Shown here: positions 25,092 through 34,304 of the stretch, one piece after another
How the letters are laid out: each line of letters opens with the position of its first letter
Position numbering within the stretch: position 1 is the stretch's first letter
Assembly: GCA_021836035.1 (NCBI GenBank)
Contig: JAKBJL010000002.1
Coordinates: forward strand, 151,282-215,281
Direction of reading: 5' to 3'
Source of the DNA: a bacterium
GTDB taxonomy: Bacteria; Patescibacteriota; Microgenomatia; JAMCZE01
DNA: 64,000 nucleotides
The notes under the pieces: model-generated
The model's database searches: none
What the model was told of the DNA's origin: nothing
The model's input: only the letters and a program-made list of their open reading frames with translations
Program-made: the position numbers and the translations under genes

Positions 25092-26564
25092 TCAAAAGCT
25101 TTCGGGAATGTCATAGCGCAATCTGTAAACGCGCAGGTCAATACCATTGGCAAATTTTTTCTCCTTCAGCATTTGATAATGGGTATCCAGATAGTTGCGG
25201 ATCCGCGATTCGTAACCCTGGTCATAAGACAAAACGAGAAATAACCGGGCGTACTCCGTTTTGTAACTATTCAGCTGGTCGGTTAATCCCGCTAGGGTAA
25301 AAGGGGGAATCGGCCCCTGGACATAACGGTCCCAGTTGGGAATGGTATCGATGCGGGCATGGCCGGTATAAGCATACTCGAGAGGATAAACGGTAAATGG
25401 GGCGCTGACGGCAATAATGTCGCCCGGAGTAGCGTTTTGGGAAAGATAATTAGCCACCCCCCGATAGTTTTCTTCCGCCGGCGTAGAGGAGGTGAAGTCC
25501 TGGTAAAGCAGCAGGCCAACCATAATCACCAGTAAACCGACAATGAGAAAACGCGCCATCCGTCCGCTGAATCCGCTCAGCGACCAGGCAATAAGAAAAA
25601 ATAGGGTCGGGAGAACAAAGATAAGATAGCGTGAAAGATAAACCGGGCGGATAAAAGAAGCCATAAAAACCAGGATAATCGGGGCAAATGTGATCAGAAA
25701 AAAATAATCGATATCCCGTCCGGCAATTTTACCGCCCCGGGTAAAAGTAAAAAAAAGGAAAATAACTAAAAGCGGCCAGAGGGAAACCAGAACTCCTTCA
25801 ATCGTTCGGTTTTGAAAACCGAAAAGAAAATCGCTAAAAGTCTGAAACAGGTTATAAGCGGAAGGCCGGGCAAGTACCGGTTGTGAGCTGGCCGCCAAAC
25901 CATGACTTAAAAAATAGATCGCCCAAGGTAAAAAAATTAAAAAGGGCGGCGTCAGCAAAGCTAGAAACAAGAGGATAAAGCGTTTCTGGGCTAGGCATTT
26001 GAAAAATATATAGACGGTTTGGACAAAAACGACCAGGAGAAAGAAGTAATGCGTATATAAACCCAGGGTGGTTGCCAACAGATAGCCCACTTTCCCCTGT
26101 CCGCCCCGGGAACGGAAAACGCGTAAAAAATATATATTACTCCAGGTAGTAGCCAGAGTAAAAAGCATATACATCCGCGTTTCGCTGCTATACCAGAGGG
26201 CAAAAGGCGAGAGGGCAAAAAGCACTGTGGTCAGATAGGCAACGCTGTACCCGGCCGCTTCTTTCGCCAGAACGAAAATAAACGGCAGGGTCAATAAAAA
26301 AAAGGCCAGGGAAAGCGTGCGGGCAAAAACAATATCCGTACCGAAAACCTGGACCCAAAAGTGTAATAGGAGGTTATAAAGCGGCGGATGGACATCCTGA
26401 GACATTAAATAAAAGATATCCCCGGCCGATTTAGTGGCCACCCAAATCGATTGAGACTCGTCCAGGCGGACCGATTGGGTATAAAGAGAAAAAGCGCTAA
26501 AAAGCACTGAAGCCATAATTAAAAGCACCATCCAAACCGGCAAAGAAAATATTTTTCTAGACAC
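25092..26564 (-). CDS. GT-C fold glycosyltransferase of the PMT_2/GT39/ArnT-like family (multi-TM)
   Basis: N-terminal RLDESQSIWVATKSAGDIFYLMSQDVHPPLYN (DE...HPPLY loop motif) and at least 10 TM segments. Confidence 0.65.
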   Translation of the reverse strand: MSRKIFSLPVWMVLLIMASVLFSAFSLYTQSVRLDESQSIWVATKSAGDIFYLMSQDVHPPLYNLLLHFWVQVFGTDIVFARTLSLAFFLLTLPFIFVLAKEAAGYSVAYLTTVLFALSPFALWYSSETRMYMLFTLATTWSNIYFLRVFRSRGGQGKVGYLLATTLGLYTHYFFLLVVFVQTVYIFFKCLAQKRFILLFLALLTPPFLIFLPWAIYFLSHGLAASSQPVLARPSAYNLFQTFSDFLFGFQNRTIEGVLVSLWPLLVIFLFFTFTRGGKIAGRDIDYFFLITFAPIILVFMASFIRPVYLSRYLIFVLPTLFFLIAWSLSGFSGRMARFLIVGLLVIMVGLLLYQDFTSSTPAEENYRGVANYLSQNATPGDIIAVSAPFTVYPLEYAYTGHARIDTIPNWDRYVQGPIPPFTLAGLTDQLNSYKTEYARLFLVLSYDQGYESRIRNYLDTHYQMLKEKKFANGIDLRVYRLRYDIPESF

Positions 26565-28038
26565 GGTTCTCTCCTTTCATGGCAGCATTAATAAAGGGTA
26601 CAAAGGTAATAATATTAAAAATTTCCCAGGCGACGTTGGTGGCGACCGACGGGTCAATGCCTTCCCGCATAATACCAACCGCCGCCGCGGCCGCGGAGAG
26701 AAATATATAAAAAAGGTGGGGATAAGCTAAGAAGAGAAAATTCCCCCGCTGGGCAGTTTTAGGCGTGACCGTAAAAGCTTTCGCCTCCCGAAAAAGCGCG
26801 GATTTCAAAGCGGAAAGCTGCAGGAACCAACTGCTGTGGGTAAAAGAGATTGCCCGGAAAGTCAAGCTGCCGCGCGAAGCAACACTTAAAGTATACAGAT
26901 TCAAAAACATGAAAGGCACAAAAAAAACGGCAAAATTCGTCGTCGAAGAAACTACCGGCTGGATGCCGGTGAATAAAAAAGCCAGCGGCATGATCATATC
27001 AGCCAAAACAATCAAGCCGTTAAGGTAGAAAAGAGAAGAAGCCAGATATTGGATTTTTTGCGGGAGCAAAAGACCCTTTTTAAAAAGAGGGTTATTATAA
27101 ATTAAAACTCCGAGGTTGCCGTGAGCCCAGCGGATCTGCTGTTTGTAATAGGAAAGCAAATCCTCCGGCCCCAAACCGGCGGATAATACGTCAGTTAAGT
27201 AATAAGATTGCCAGCCCTTGGCGTGAATTAACAAGGAGGTCAGAAAGTCTTCCGCAATATTTTCCTCCTGCATACCGCCGACTTCGAGCAGTGCTTTCCG
27301 CCTGATCGTCACATTGGTACCGCAAATAAATGCCGCATTGACGCTGTCTTTCCCTTCCATCACCGGACCGAAAAAAAATTCCTGCTGTTCCCAAGCTCCC
27401 CCGGCGACGTTACTGTCCGCCGCATTGCGGTAAAACTGAGGAGTTTGTACAAAACCAACCTGTGGGTTTTTAAAATAGGGAACGGTCCTCTTTAAAAAAC
27501 TTTTCTTGGGCGCCATATCCGCATCAAAAATAGCCACTAATTCTCCATCGGTTTGCTGCAGCGCATCGTTGATGTTTCCCGCTTTAGCTCCGTGAGCAAT
27601 CTTCCGGGTAAAACAACGGATATGCATTTCCTGCGCCATGGTTTCGATCTCCTGCCAATTTTCTTTTTTAGCCACATAACCGTCATTTAAAATAAACACC
27701 TGGTGATGGGGATAATCCAGGTTTTTTGCCGCCAGCGCCGTTTGCGCGACAATCTCCAGCGGTTCTCCGGCTACCGGGATAAAAACATCGACTGTCGGAT
27801 AAAAACTGCTGGCAGTGACAAAATCCGGGTGCCGCTTTTTCTGCGGCCAGACGGTGTACCAAAAGGACAAAGCCATCAGTAAATGATAAACTTCTCCGGC
27901 AAAAAGCAAGCCGAAAAGATAAGGATTGCCGATCTTGCCGGGAGCCAGCCACCAGGAAAAATAAACCGCCGCCACCAGAATATTCACCAACAGTAAACTG
28001 CGGGAAACTTGCTGTAAATTGATTGCTTCCTCTGGCAT
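26557..28038 (-). CDS. Processive family-2 glycosyltransferase, cellulose/chitin-synthase-like, without a PilZ domain
   Basis: VAIFDADMAP (DxD), QTPQFY, ICGTNVTIRRKAL, QQIRWAHG (QxxRW), flanked by TM helices. Start moved to the internal Met to avoid overlap with the GH8 gene. Confidence 0.7.
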   Translation of the reverse strand: MPEEAINLQQVSRSLLLVNILVAAVYFSWWLAPGKIGNPYLFGLLFAGEVYHLLMALSFWYTVWPQKKRHPDFVTASSFYPTVDVFIPVAGEPLEIVAQTALAAKNLDYPHHQVFILNDGYVAKKENWQEIETMAQEMHIRCFTRKIAHGAKAGNINDALQQTDGELVAIFDADMAPKKSFLKRTVPYFKNPQVGFVQTPQFYRNAADSNVAGGAWEQQEFFFGPVMEGKDSVNAAFICGTNVTIRRKALLEVGGMQEENIAEDFLTSLLIHAKGWQSYYLTDVLSAGLGPEDLLSYYKQQIRWAHGNLGVLIYNNPLFKKGLLLPQKIQYLASSLFYLNGLIVLADMIMPLAFLFTGIQPVVSSTTNFAVFFVPFMFLNLYTLSVASRGSLTFRAISFTHSSWFLQLSALKSALFREAKAFTVTPKTAQRGNFLFLAYPHLFYIFLSAAAAAVGIMREGIDPSVATNVAWEIFNIITFVPFINAAMKGENRV

Positions 28039-28043
28039 ATGAC

Positions 28044-29225
28044 TCAGTAATGATCCAGCGCTTTCGCATACAGAGCCGCTCCGAACCAAAGCCAATTCTG
28101 ATCATAATAAGGTAGTTCGGAATTAAAACTATTGGTATCGTTGGAATAAAGCCGCACTATTTTTTCATCATAAATTCTTTTAGCCAGAAGGGGATGGACG
28201 GCAAGGAAATAACCTATCGCCGTCGCATACATGGCCGGGCTCTCATGGCCGTTGAGAACCGTTCCGTCATGCGCGTAGGAAGTCGCCAATTTTCCGTTAT
28301 GATTAAAGTCGGAAAGCAATCTGCCGAAATTATTCTGCAGATAAGATAGGGCCTGCGGCTCGTGATTCCACTCCCAATCCAAAGCGATCCGCCAGGGAAT
28401 GCGCATAGCATCAAAGGAGTAATTGGTCGTGAGACTTGGGATATCCGGCGCCCGGGGTTTGCCGGTAGTGCGGTCGACAACTATCCAGTCCGGCGGCAAG
28501 CCCGCGGAGACAGATTTGTCCAGAGGGTCCCGGCTGACTTCTTCTAAAAGACCATATGCCGGTCCGATTAAATCGTTCCAGCGGTGCTCCGGTTTTTTAT
28601 CCGTCTGAGCAAAAATTCTCCAGGCGTAAGGGGCGAAATAAGAAGGGTTGATAACTACCTCCTTATCGTTTTGCGCCCAATTACCTGCTGTCACATAAAA
28701 ATTCCCCGAAACCGTAGCGACCTCCTTGCCCCAAATATCACCCAAAATATTTTGGGCGTCCCGGTCGTAAGTAGTCACGTGCCAACGCCGGTCCGCCAGG
28801 ATTAAGGCAAGAGCAATATCGGTATCCGCATCGCTGGCGCTGTTATTCCCCCCTCCCGAGAGAAAACCGAAACTACCGTCCGGCTTCTTTCCCCACCGCC
28901 AGCCGAACAAATAATCTCCCGGCCGTTTTAAATTTTCCCTGGTCCATTTCCAGATCTGGTCAAATGCCTGCTTATCGTCTACCCATACCGCCCGTAATAA
29001 AGCATAGCTTTGCCCTTCGGAAGTTGTCAGCGAATTATTGCCATAATCAATAACCCGTCCGTCACCGTTAATAAATTGCCTTTTATATTTTTCCCAGGAG
29101 GAAGTTAACAGCGTATAATTCGAAAACGGACGGGTCACTCCGTTATATCCGTTGTTGATGTACAAAACGGAAATAAAGATAATGATACCGATAATAATGG
29201 CGGTATAGCCGAGATATTGGCGCAT
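28044..29225 (-). CDS. Glycoside hydrolase family 8 endoglucanase-like (BcsZ-like)
   Basis: N-terminal TM anchor and the GH8 signature TSEGQSYALLRAVWV. Confidence 0.65.
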   Translation of the reverse strand: MRQYLGYTAIIIGIIIFISVLYINNGYNGVTRPFSNYTLLTSSWEKYKRQFINGDGRVIDYGNNSLTTSEGQSYALLRAVWVDDKQAFDQIWKWTRENLKRPGDYLFGWRWGKKPDGSFGFLSGGGNNSASDADTDIALALILADRRWHVTTYDRDAQNILGDIWGKEVATVSGNFYVTAGNWAQNDKEVVINPSYFAPYAWRIFAQTDKKPEHRWNDLIGPAYGLLEEVSRDPLDKSVSAGLPPDWIVVDRTTGKPRAPDIPSLTTNYSFDAMRIPWRIALDWEWNHEPQALSYLQNNFGRLLSDFNHNGKLATSYAHDGTVLNGHESPAMYATAIGYFLAVHPLLAKRIYDEKIVRLYSNDTNSFNSELPYYDQNWLWFGAALYAKALDHY

Positions 29226-29229
29226 CTTT

Positions 29230-29781
29230 TCAGGTAAAAGTCTGGTTATTTTCTACACTCCCGTTTTCCGGTTTAATTAATATCAGGCCGATAAAGACGG
29301 AAACAGCGGCAATTCCCAAAAGCAAGTAAGTAAAAAGCGTTGGCAATTTGCTGCTTTGGTAGAACTGCTGGGGAACGGCATGTGATAAAAGTACGGCCGG
29401 CGGCTTTAAGAATTCCGGTAAAGGCAGTCTATTAATTCGACGTACCAAGGGATTTTCCACTGCGATCGGGGAAATAGCGGGTGTGGGCACCGGGGTAAGG
29501 AGAATCGCAGAACCGGTAGCAATTAAAGTCGGACTGGGGGTAGCGGAAATTTCCGGGGAGATACCCGGAGTTGCGGAAGGCGAAGAGACAGCCGGAGTCG
29601 GAGTTACCGTTGCCGAAGGGGTAGCCGTAAAAGGAGCCGGCGGAAAGATTGTAACGATCCCGGAGGGGGTAGCATTATCGTCCTGAGAAAGCCGGAGAAA
29701 CCGGACGGCAACAGCTCTCTGCGCTCCCGCAAACAACAAGCCGCCCAGAATAGCCACGATAAAAATAGTTTTCCTGACCAT
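29230..29781 (-). CDS. Hypothetical bitopic membrane protein with PT-rich region (183 aa)
   Basis: Signal/TM at the N-terminus, TATPSATVTPTPAVSSPSATPGISPEISATPSPT, and a C-terminal TM. Confidence 0.45.
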   Translation of the reverse strand: MVRKTIFIVAILGGLLFAGAQRAVAVRFLRLSQDDNATPSGIVTIFPPAPFTATPSATVTPTPAVSSPSATPGISPEISATPSPTLIATGSAILLTPVPTPAISPIAVENPLVRRINRLPLPEFLKPPAVLLSHAVPQQFYQSSKLPTLFTYLLLGIAAVSVFIGLILIKPENGSVENNQTFT

Positions 29782-29929
29782 AATCCGCAGATGACTTTAG
29801 GCTGAATTTCCATAAGATCTTTTTTCCATTCTCTCATAGACGTGATTCGTGTCAAGTACATTTGCCCGGTCTTGCCCGATTCTTACCCTATTAATACGGA
29901 TCACTGCCAAGCCCTGAACCCGGGGGATC

Positions 29930-29959
29930 TTGACAAAATTTACGACCCCGTGTTAGTAT
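29930..29959 (+). promoter_or_regulatory. Near-consensus sigma70-type promoter: TTGACA, 18-nt spacer, TGtTAGTAT (extended -10)
   Basis: TTGACA at 29930-29935 and TAGTAT at 29954-29959, preceded by TG. The predicted TSS is around 29966, just upstream of the GH5 reading frame. Confidence 0.55.
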
Positions 29960-30020
29960 CCGCTCTCTGTCGATAAAACTAAGACTGGTCAGCCTTGTTT
30001 TTGCAGCTCTATTCCTCGGG

Positions 30021-32048
30021 ATGGCTTTCTTTCCTTTTAAAACCCGGGCGGCTGATCCTCCGGCGGTAGTTTTTGCCAACGCCCTTTCCGCCGGTTGGAC
30101 TAATTGGTCCTGGGGGAGCAATGTCGATTTCGGCAATGTCATTACTTTCACACCCGGTCCCTGGGGCGGTCTTTATCTCCATACCGATAATTCTTTAGAT
30201 CCCGCCGATTTCGCCAGCTTAGATTTCAGCCTGAAAGCTACCCGGGACAACCAAAATTTTCGCGTGATTGTTTATAACGCGGACAATCAGGCAATCGGCA
30301 GCAGTACCATCCCGGATGGTGCCCCTCTTTCCGTAGATAACTGGCGGGATTACAGTATTCCCCTGCAAAACCTCGATCCCGATAAAAAGCCCGTTAAGGG
30401 TATAGCCATTCAGGAAATTTCCGGCCAAGCCCAACCCGCTATCTATTTCAATAAAATCCAATTTGCGGCCGCCCCTTCAGGGGGTAATTCCGCGTTAAAC
30501 ATTTTTAATAGTGCTCTGGCTTCCGGTTGGACCAGCTGGTCCTGGGATTCGCAAATAAATTTCGGTCCGGTAATTGCTTATCAGTCTTTCCACCAATGGT
30601 CCGGCATTTACCTGCATAACGAAACCGGAGTTAATCTTCAAAGCTACAGCTACCTGCACTTTTCCGCTAAGGCCGGAAAACCCGGTCAAAAATTTGCCGC
30701 CATAATCTACGACGCCAATAATTCTCCAGCCGGTAATTCCCTGCCTTTAACCAACTACGGCGGTGATCCCGGAGCAGATAACTGGCAGGATTATCAAATT
30801 CCGTTGAGCGATCTGGGCGCCACGGGTAAAACGATAAAAGGAGTTGCGCTCCAGGATATCGGTCCGGTCCAGGACACTCTTTACCTTAATGATTTGGCCT
30901 TCACTTCCCTTCCCCTAACGGATAATCAGCAGGCTGCCGCTAATATTTCCGTCACTCCGACGCCTCAGCCCGCCCCCCCTACCAGTCTTACGGATAGCGG
31001 AGGATTTAATACGGGCAACGGAGCGATTTACCGAAACGGCCAAAAAATTAATCTGCACGGTATTAACTGGTTCGGTTTTGAAACCGATGCCCATGTCGTC
31101 CATGGGCTCTGGGCAAGAAACTATAAAGATATTATTTCCCAAATTAAAAACCTGGGCTTCAACGCCGTCCGCCTGCCTTTTTGCCCTGCCAGTATCCAAG
31201 GTGCGTCTACTTCTTCGATCGATTTCGTGAAAAATCCCGACCTTAACGGGCTGAACAGTCTGCAGGTTTTGGATAAGATCGTGACGGAAATGGACAATCA
31301 GGGTCTTTTTACGCTTCTGGATTCCCACCGGCCCGACTGCAACACCCAATCGGAACTTTGGTATACCGATACATATCCGGAATCACAATGGATTAACGAT
31401 TTAAAAACCCTGGCCGGACGGTTTGCCAATCTAACTAACTTCCTGGGCCTGGATCTGAAAAACGAACCTCATGGAGCAGCAACCTGGGGAACCGGCAATA
31501 TAAGCACGGATTGGAACCTGGCAGCGGAACGCGCCGGCAGCACCGTACTCTCGGTTAATCCCCATATTCTCTTATTTGTCGAAGGAATTGGTGATAATCC
31601 CAACTGCCAGGATAATAACGCCCATTTTTGGGGCGGTAATCTCGCCCCCGTTAAATGTAAAGGTTTAAATTTACCCGGGAACAAAGTGGTTTACTCACCG
31701 CATGTTTACGGTCCCGACGTCTCCTGGCAATCATATTTCGGCGAGAGCGGTTTCCCTAATAACATGCCGGCGATCTGGGATGCCCAATGGGGATATCTTG
31801 CCGGCAGTTATGCGTTAGCTCCCGGGGAATGGGGCGGGAAATACGGCAATAACGGCGGCAACCCGCTGGATGTTACCTGGCAGAATGCCTTTGTCGGTTA
31901 CCTAATAAACAAAAAGATCTGCAGTTCTTTCTATTGGGACTTAAATCCTAACTCCGGCGATACCGGCGGAGTTCTCCAAGACGACTGGACTACCCCCTGG
32001 AGCGATAAACTCTCCCTGCTCCAAAACTATTTCAACTCCTGCCAATAA
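30021..32048 (+). CDS. Secreted GH5 endoglucanase (cellulase family) with two tandem N-terminal ~150-aa CBM-like beta-sandwich modules. The true start is probably upstream at a non-ATG codon
   Basis: GH5 motifs NLHGINWFGFE, acid/base NEPH, nucleophile PGEWGG. Two repeats beginning ALSAGWTNWSWGSNVDFGN and ALASGWTSWSWDSQINFGP. The frame is open back to 29934. The in-frame ATA (29973) or CTG (29967/29985) would give MKLRLVSLVFAALFLGMAFFPFKTRAA-DPP, a good signal peptide. Confidence 0.7.
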   Translation: MAFFPFKTRAADPPAVVFANALSAGWTNWSWGSNVDFGNVITFTPGPWGGLYLHTDNSLDPADFASLDFSLKATRDNQNFRVIVYNADNQAIGSSTIPDGAPLSVDNWRDYSIPLQNLDPDKKPVKGIAIQEISGQAQPAIYFNKIQFAAAPSGGNSALNIFNSALASGWTSWSWDSQINFGPVIAYQSFHQWSGIYLHNETGVNLQSYSYLHFSAKAGKPGQKFAAIIYDANNSPAGNSLPLTNYGGDPGADNWQDYQIPLSDLGATGKTIKGVALQDIGPVQDTLYLNDLAFTSLPLTDNQQAAANISVTPTPQPAPPTSLTDSGGFNTGNGAIYRNGQKINLHGINWFGFETDAHVVHGLWARNYKDIISQIKNLGFNAVRLPFCPASIQGASTSSIDFVKNPDLNGLNSLQVLDKIVTEMDNQGLFTLLDSHRPDCNTQSELWYTDTYPESQWINDLKTLAGRFANLTNFLGLDLKNEPHGAATWGTGNISTDWNLAAERAGSTVLSVNPHILLFVEGIGDNPNCQDNNAHFWGGNLAPVKCKGLNLPGNKVVYSPHVYGPDVSWQSYFGESGFPNNMPAIWDAQWGYLAGSYALAPGEWGGKYGNNGGNPLDVTWQNAFVGYLINKKICSSFYWDLNPNSGDTGGVLQDDWTTPWSDKLSLLQNYFNSCQ

Positions 32049-32162
32049 AAAAGGACTTTTCTTCTAAAGATTCTCCTTTTTTCCGATTTAAATTTTCTTT
32101 ACCTTTTGGCCGGATTTATTTTATAAGGGGAATTACTCCGAATCCAATAATTAACGTTTTAA

Positions 32163-32426
32163 TTAGAGCAGAAAGAAAATCCCCCGTTTTCCCCCGAAGG
32201 CTGATTCGATCAGCTCAGAGAAAAATCCAGTAAGAATTACAGCCATGACGACAAAAACCGTTTTTAAGGTCAGCTTTCCTCCGCCAAGATTAAAGAAAAA
32301 ATAAGAAGCGGCGCCGAAAACCAATGCCTCTATCCAAAGGTTGTTATTATCTTCGAATATTTGGGCTTTTGAACCGGGGATTAATGGAGCAATAACCATG
32401 GCTGCAAATATAAAAGCAACGAACAT
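32163..32426 (-). CDS. Small hypothetical membrane protein (87 aa, about 3 TM)
   Basis: Hydrophobic ORF in an AT-rich spacer. Confidence 0.3.
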   Translation of the reverse strand: MFVAFIFAAMVIAPLIPGSKAQIFEDNNNLWIEALVFGAASYFFFNLGGGKLTLKTVFVVMAVILTGFFSELIESAFGGKRGIFFLL

Positions 32427-32687
32427 TAACGCTACGCCTAACTAGCGAGAAGTGCTAAGAGACACGAATTTTTAACCATAAACTATTTCTACAGCATTTA
32501 GAGCGGTAAATTAAACCTAACGGGCGGGTTCTCCTGCATAATTGGACAACTACCCGGAGTAACAGGCCCTCTTTGCTGCAAAATACTTCAATTCCCGGCA
32601 GTTGATGATTTTTCGCTTGACCTTCAACTTTGAACAGATAAATATTTTATGCCAAGTTAATGTCTATATTTAAGTGCAAAACCTCTT

Positions 32688-32999
32688 ATGGATAATTATA
32701 TAAGTGGCGTAGCCGTATTCCTATTTGTTATTTTCTTGCCCCTTATTAAACTATATCTAATTCATTCTATTATCAAAAACTTATCGAAATTAAAACAGCG
32801 CAGACATCACCAAAACAACATGCTCTTATTTATTTCGGCTATGGTTGTCATAATGTATATAGGTATTATTGTAATAAGCCTCTTTCCTCTGGGCTGGGCA
32901 TGCGTTCCGGTAATCGGACATTTATTCAATTTAGGTTTATCCTGCCAGTTAGGCAAACAGATGGTGGTAGAAATTTTCGGCAGGTTATCGATGTATTAA
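32688..32999 (+). CDS. Small hypothetical membrane protein (103 aa)
   Basis: Hydrophobic ORF in the AT-rich region between the GH5 gene and rplO. Confidence 0.3.
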   Translation: MDNYISGVAVFLFVIFLPLIKLYLIHSIIKNLSKLKQRRHHQNNMLLFISAMVVIMYIGIIVISLFPLGWACVPVIGHLFNLGLSCQLGKQMVVEIFGRLSMY

Positions 33000-33080
33000 C
33001 AAAAGAAGAAACTGTTAAATTACGATAATAAAATTAATCCGCTTCGGGGTTAATGATTACTCTTTTGGGAACTGCTCTTT

Positions 33081-33518
33081 TTAAATAACTACTTTTCCTC
33101 CGGCTTTTTCGATTTTAGTCCTGGCACCTCCGGAGCAGGGAAGTTTAACGAGAAGGGGCACGTTTAATTCCCCGTCCCCCAGGATTTTTACTTTGGAAAC
33201 GCCGCCGTTAATAATCCGCGCTTCCCGCAAAGTTTCCAACGTGACTTCCGTTTTCGGCGCTAAAAAATTTAAATACTTGACATTAACCACCATCGGTCTG
33301 ACCCGCAGCGATTTATTCTTCCCTTTGCCGCGTAGAAGCGGCAGCCTTTTAAGCCATGACGCCTGCAGGGACGAGCCGGCAAAGGTCAGTTTAATATTTT
33401 CCCTGGCTTTCTGCCCCTTGGTCCCACGCCCGGAAGTTTTCACTTTTCCGGATCCATGACCCCGGCCAACTCGCTTAGCTGACCTGGCGGTAGTCTTCGG
33501 TAAATTATTTAATTTCAT
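33081..33518 (-). CDS. rplO: 50S ribosomal protein L15
   Basis: MKLNNLPKTTARSAKRVGRGHGSGKVKTSGRGTKGQKAR. Confidence 0.9.
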   Translation of the reverse strand: MKLNNLPKTTARSAKRVGRGHGSGKVKTSGRGTKGQKARENIKLTFAGSSLQASWLKRLPLLRGKGKNKSLRVRPMVVNVKYLNFLAPKTEVTLETLREARIINGGVSKVKILGDGELNVPLLVKLPCSGGARTKIEKAGGKVVI

Positions 33519-33519
33519 A

Positions 33520-33984
33520 TTACTTTAGCTGTTTGTCATTAGCCCTTAGCTCTTTCAGCGCTTCTATGGTCGCATAAACATTCGTAATTTTATTGTTGGT
33601 ACCCAAAACTTTGCTGCTGATATCCCGAATACCGGCAGCGGAAACCACCGCCCGTACCGCTCCCCCGGCAATTACTCCCGATCCCGCCGGTGCAGGAGAA
33701 AGAATTATTTTTGCCGCGCCGAACTTCTTGTGGATTTCGTGCGGAATCGTGGTTCCCCTGACAGGAACGGTAATCAGATGGCTTTTAGCATAGGTAATGG
33801 CTTTTTTCACTGCGCTGCTTACATCCGTAGCGTGTCCCATCCCTACTCCTACCCGCCCCTTTTTGTCTCCGACAACGACCAGGACACTGAACCCTACCCG
33901 GTTTCCGCCGGCTGTTTTTTTGGAAACCCGGTTGACCTGAACTACTTTTTCGTCAAATTCTTTGACTTCCGGAAAACCGTTCAT
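33520..33984 (-). CDS. rpsE: 30S ribosomal protein S5
   Basis: S5 core GRVGVGMGHATDVSSAVKKA. It abuts rplO, leaving no room for an L30 gene. Confidence 0.9.
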   Translation of the reverse strand: MNGFPEVKEFDEKVVQVNRVSKKTAGGNRVGFSVLVVVGDKKGRVGVGMGHATDVSSAVKKAITYAKSHLITVPVRGTTIPHEIHKKFGAAKIILSPAPAGSGVIAGGAVRAVVSAAGIRDISSKVLGTNNKITNVYATIEALKELRANDKQLK

Positions 33985-33985
33985 G

Positions 33986-34288
33986 CTAAAAATTTACTCC
34001 GCCCTCCCGTACGGCTTCGGCAAAGGCCTTCACTTGGCCGTGATATTTATAACCCGCACGGTCAAAAACAACCTTGTCGATCTTGGCTTTCTTGGCTTTT
34101 TCTGCCAATTCCCTGCCGGCTGCTGCCGGATCGGTCGTTTTATTTACGGAAGCTATAGTATAACCCTTTTGGTCATCAATTATCTGGGCATAAAAATATT
34201 TATGGGAACGAAACACGACCAGGCGCGGGCGGCTTCCGGTTCCCCTTAATGTCTGGCGCATTTTAGCTCGTCTGATATCGCGTCTCAT
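33986..34288 (-). CDS. rplR: 50S ribosomal protein L18
   Basis: RPRLVVFRSHKYFYAQIIDD. Confidence 0.9.
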   Translation of the reverse strand: MRRDIRRAKMRQTLRGTGSRPRLVVFRSHKYFYAQIIDDQKGYTIASVNKTTDPAAAGRELAEKAKKAKIDKVVFDRAGYKYHGQVKAFAEAVREGGVNF

Positions 34289-34304
34289 AATTAAATATTG
34301 ACTA

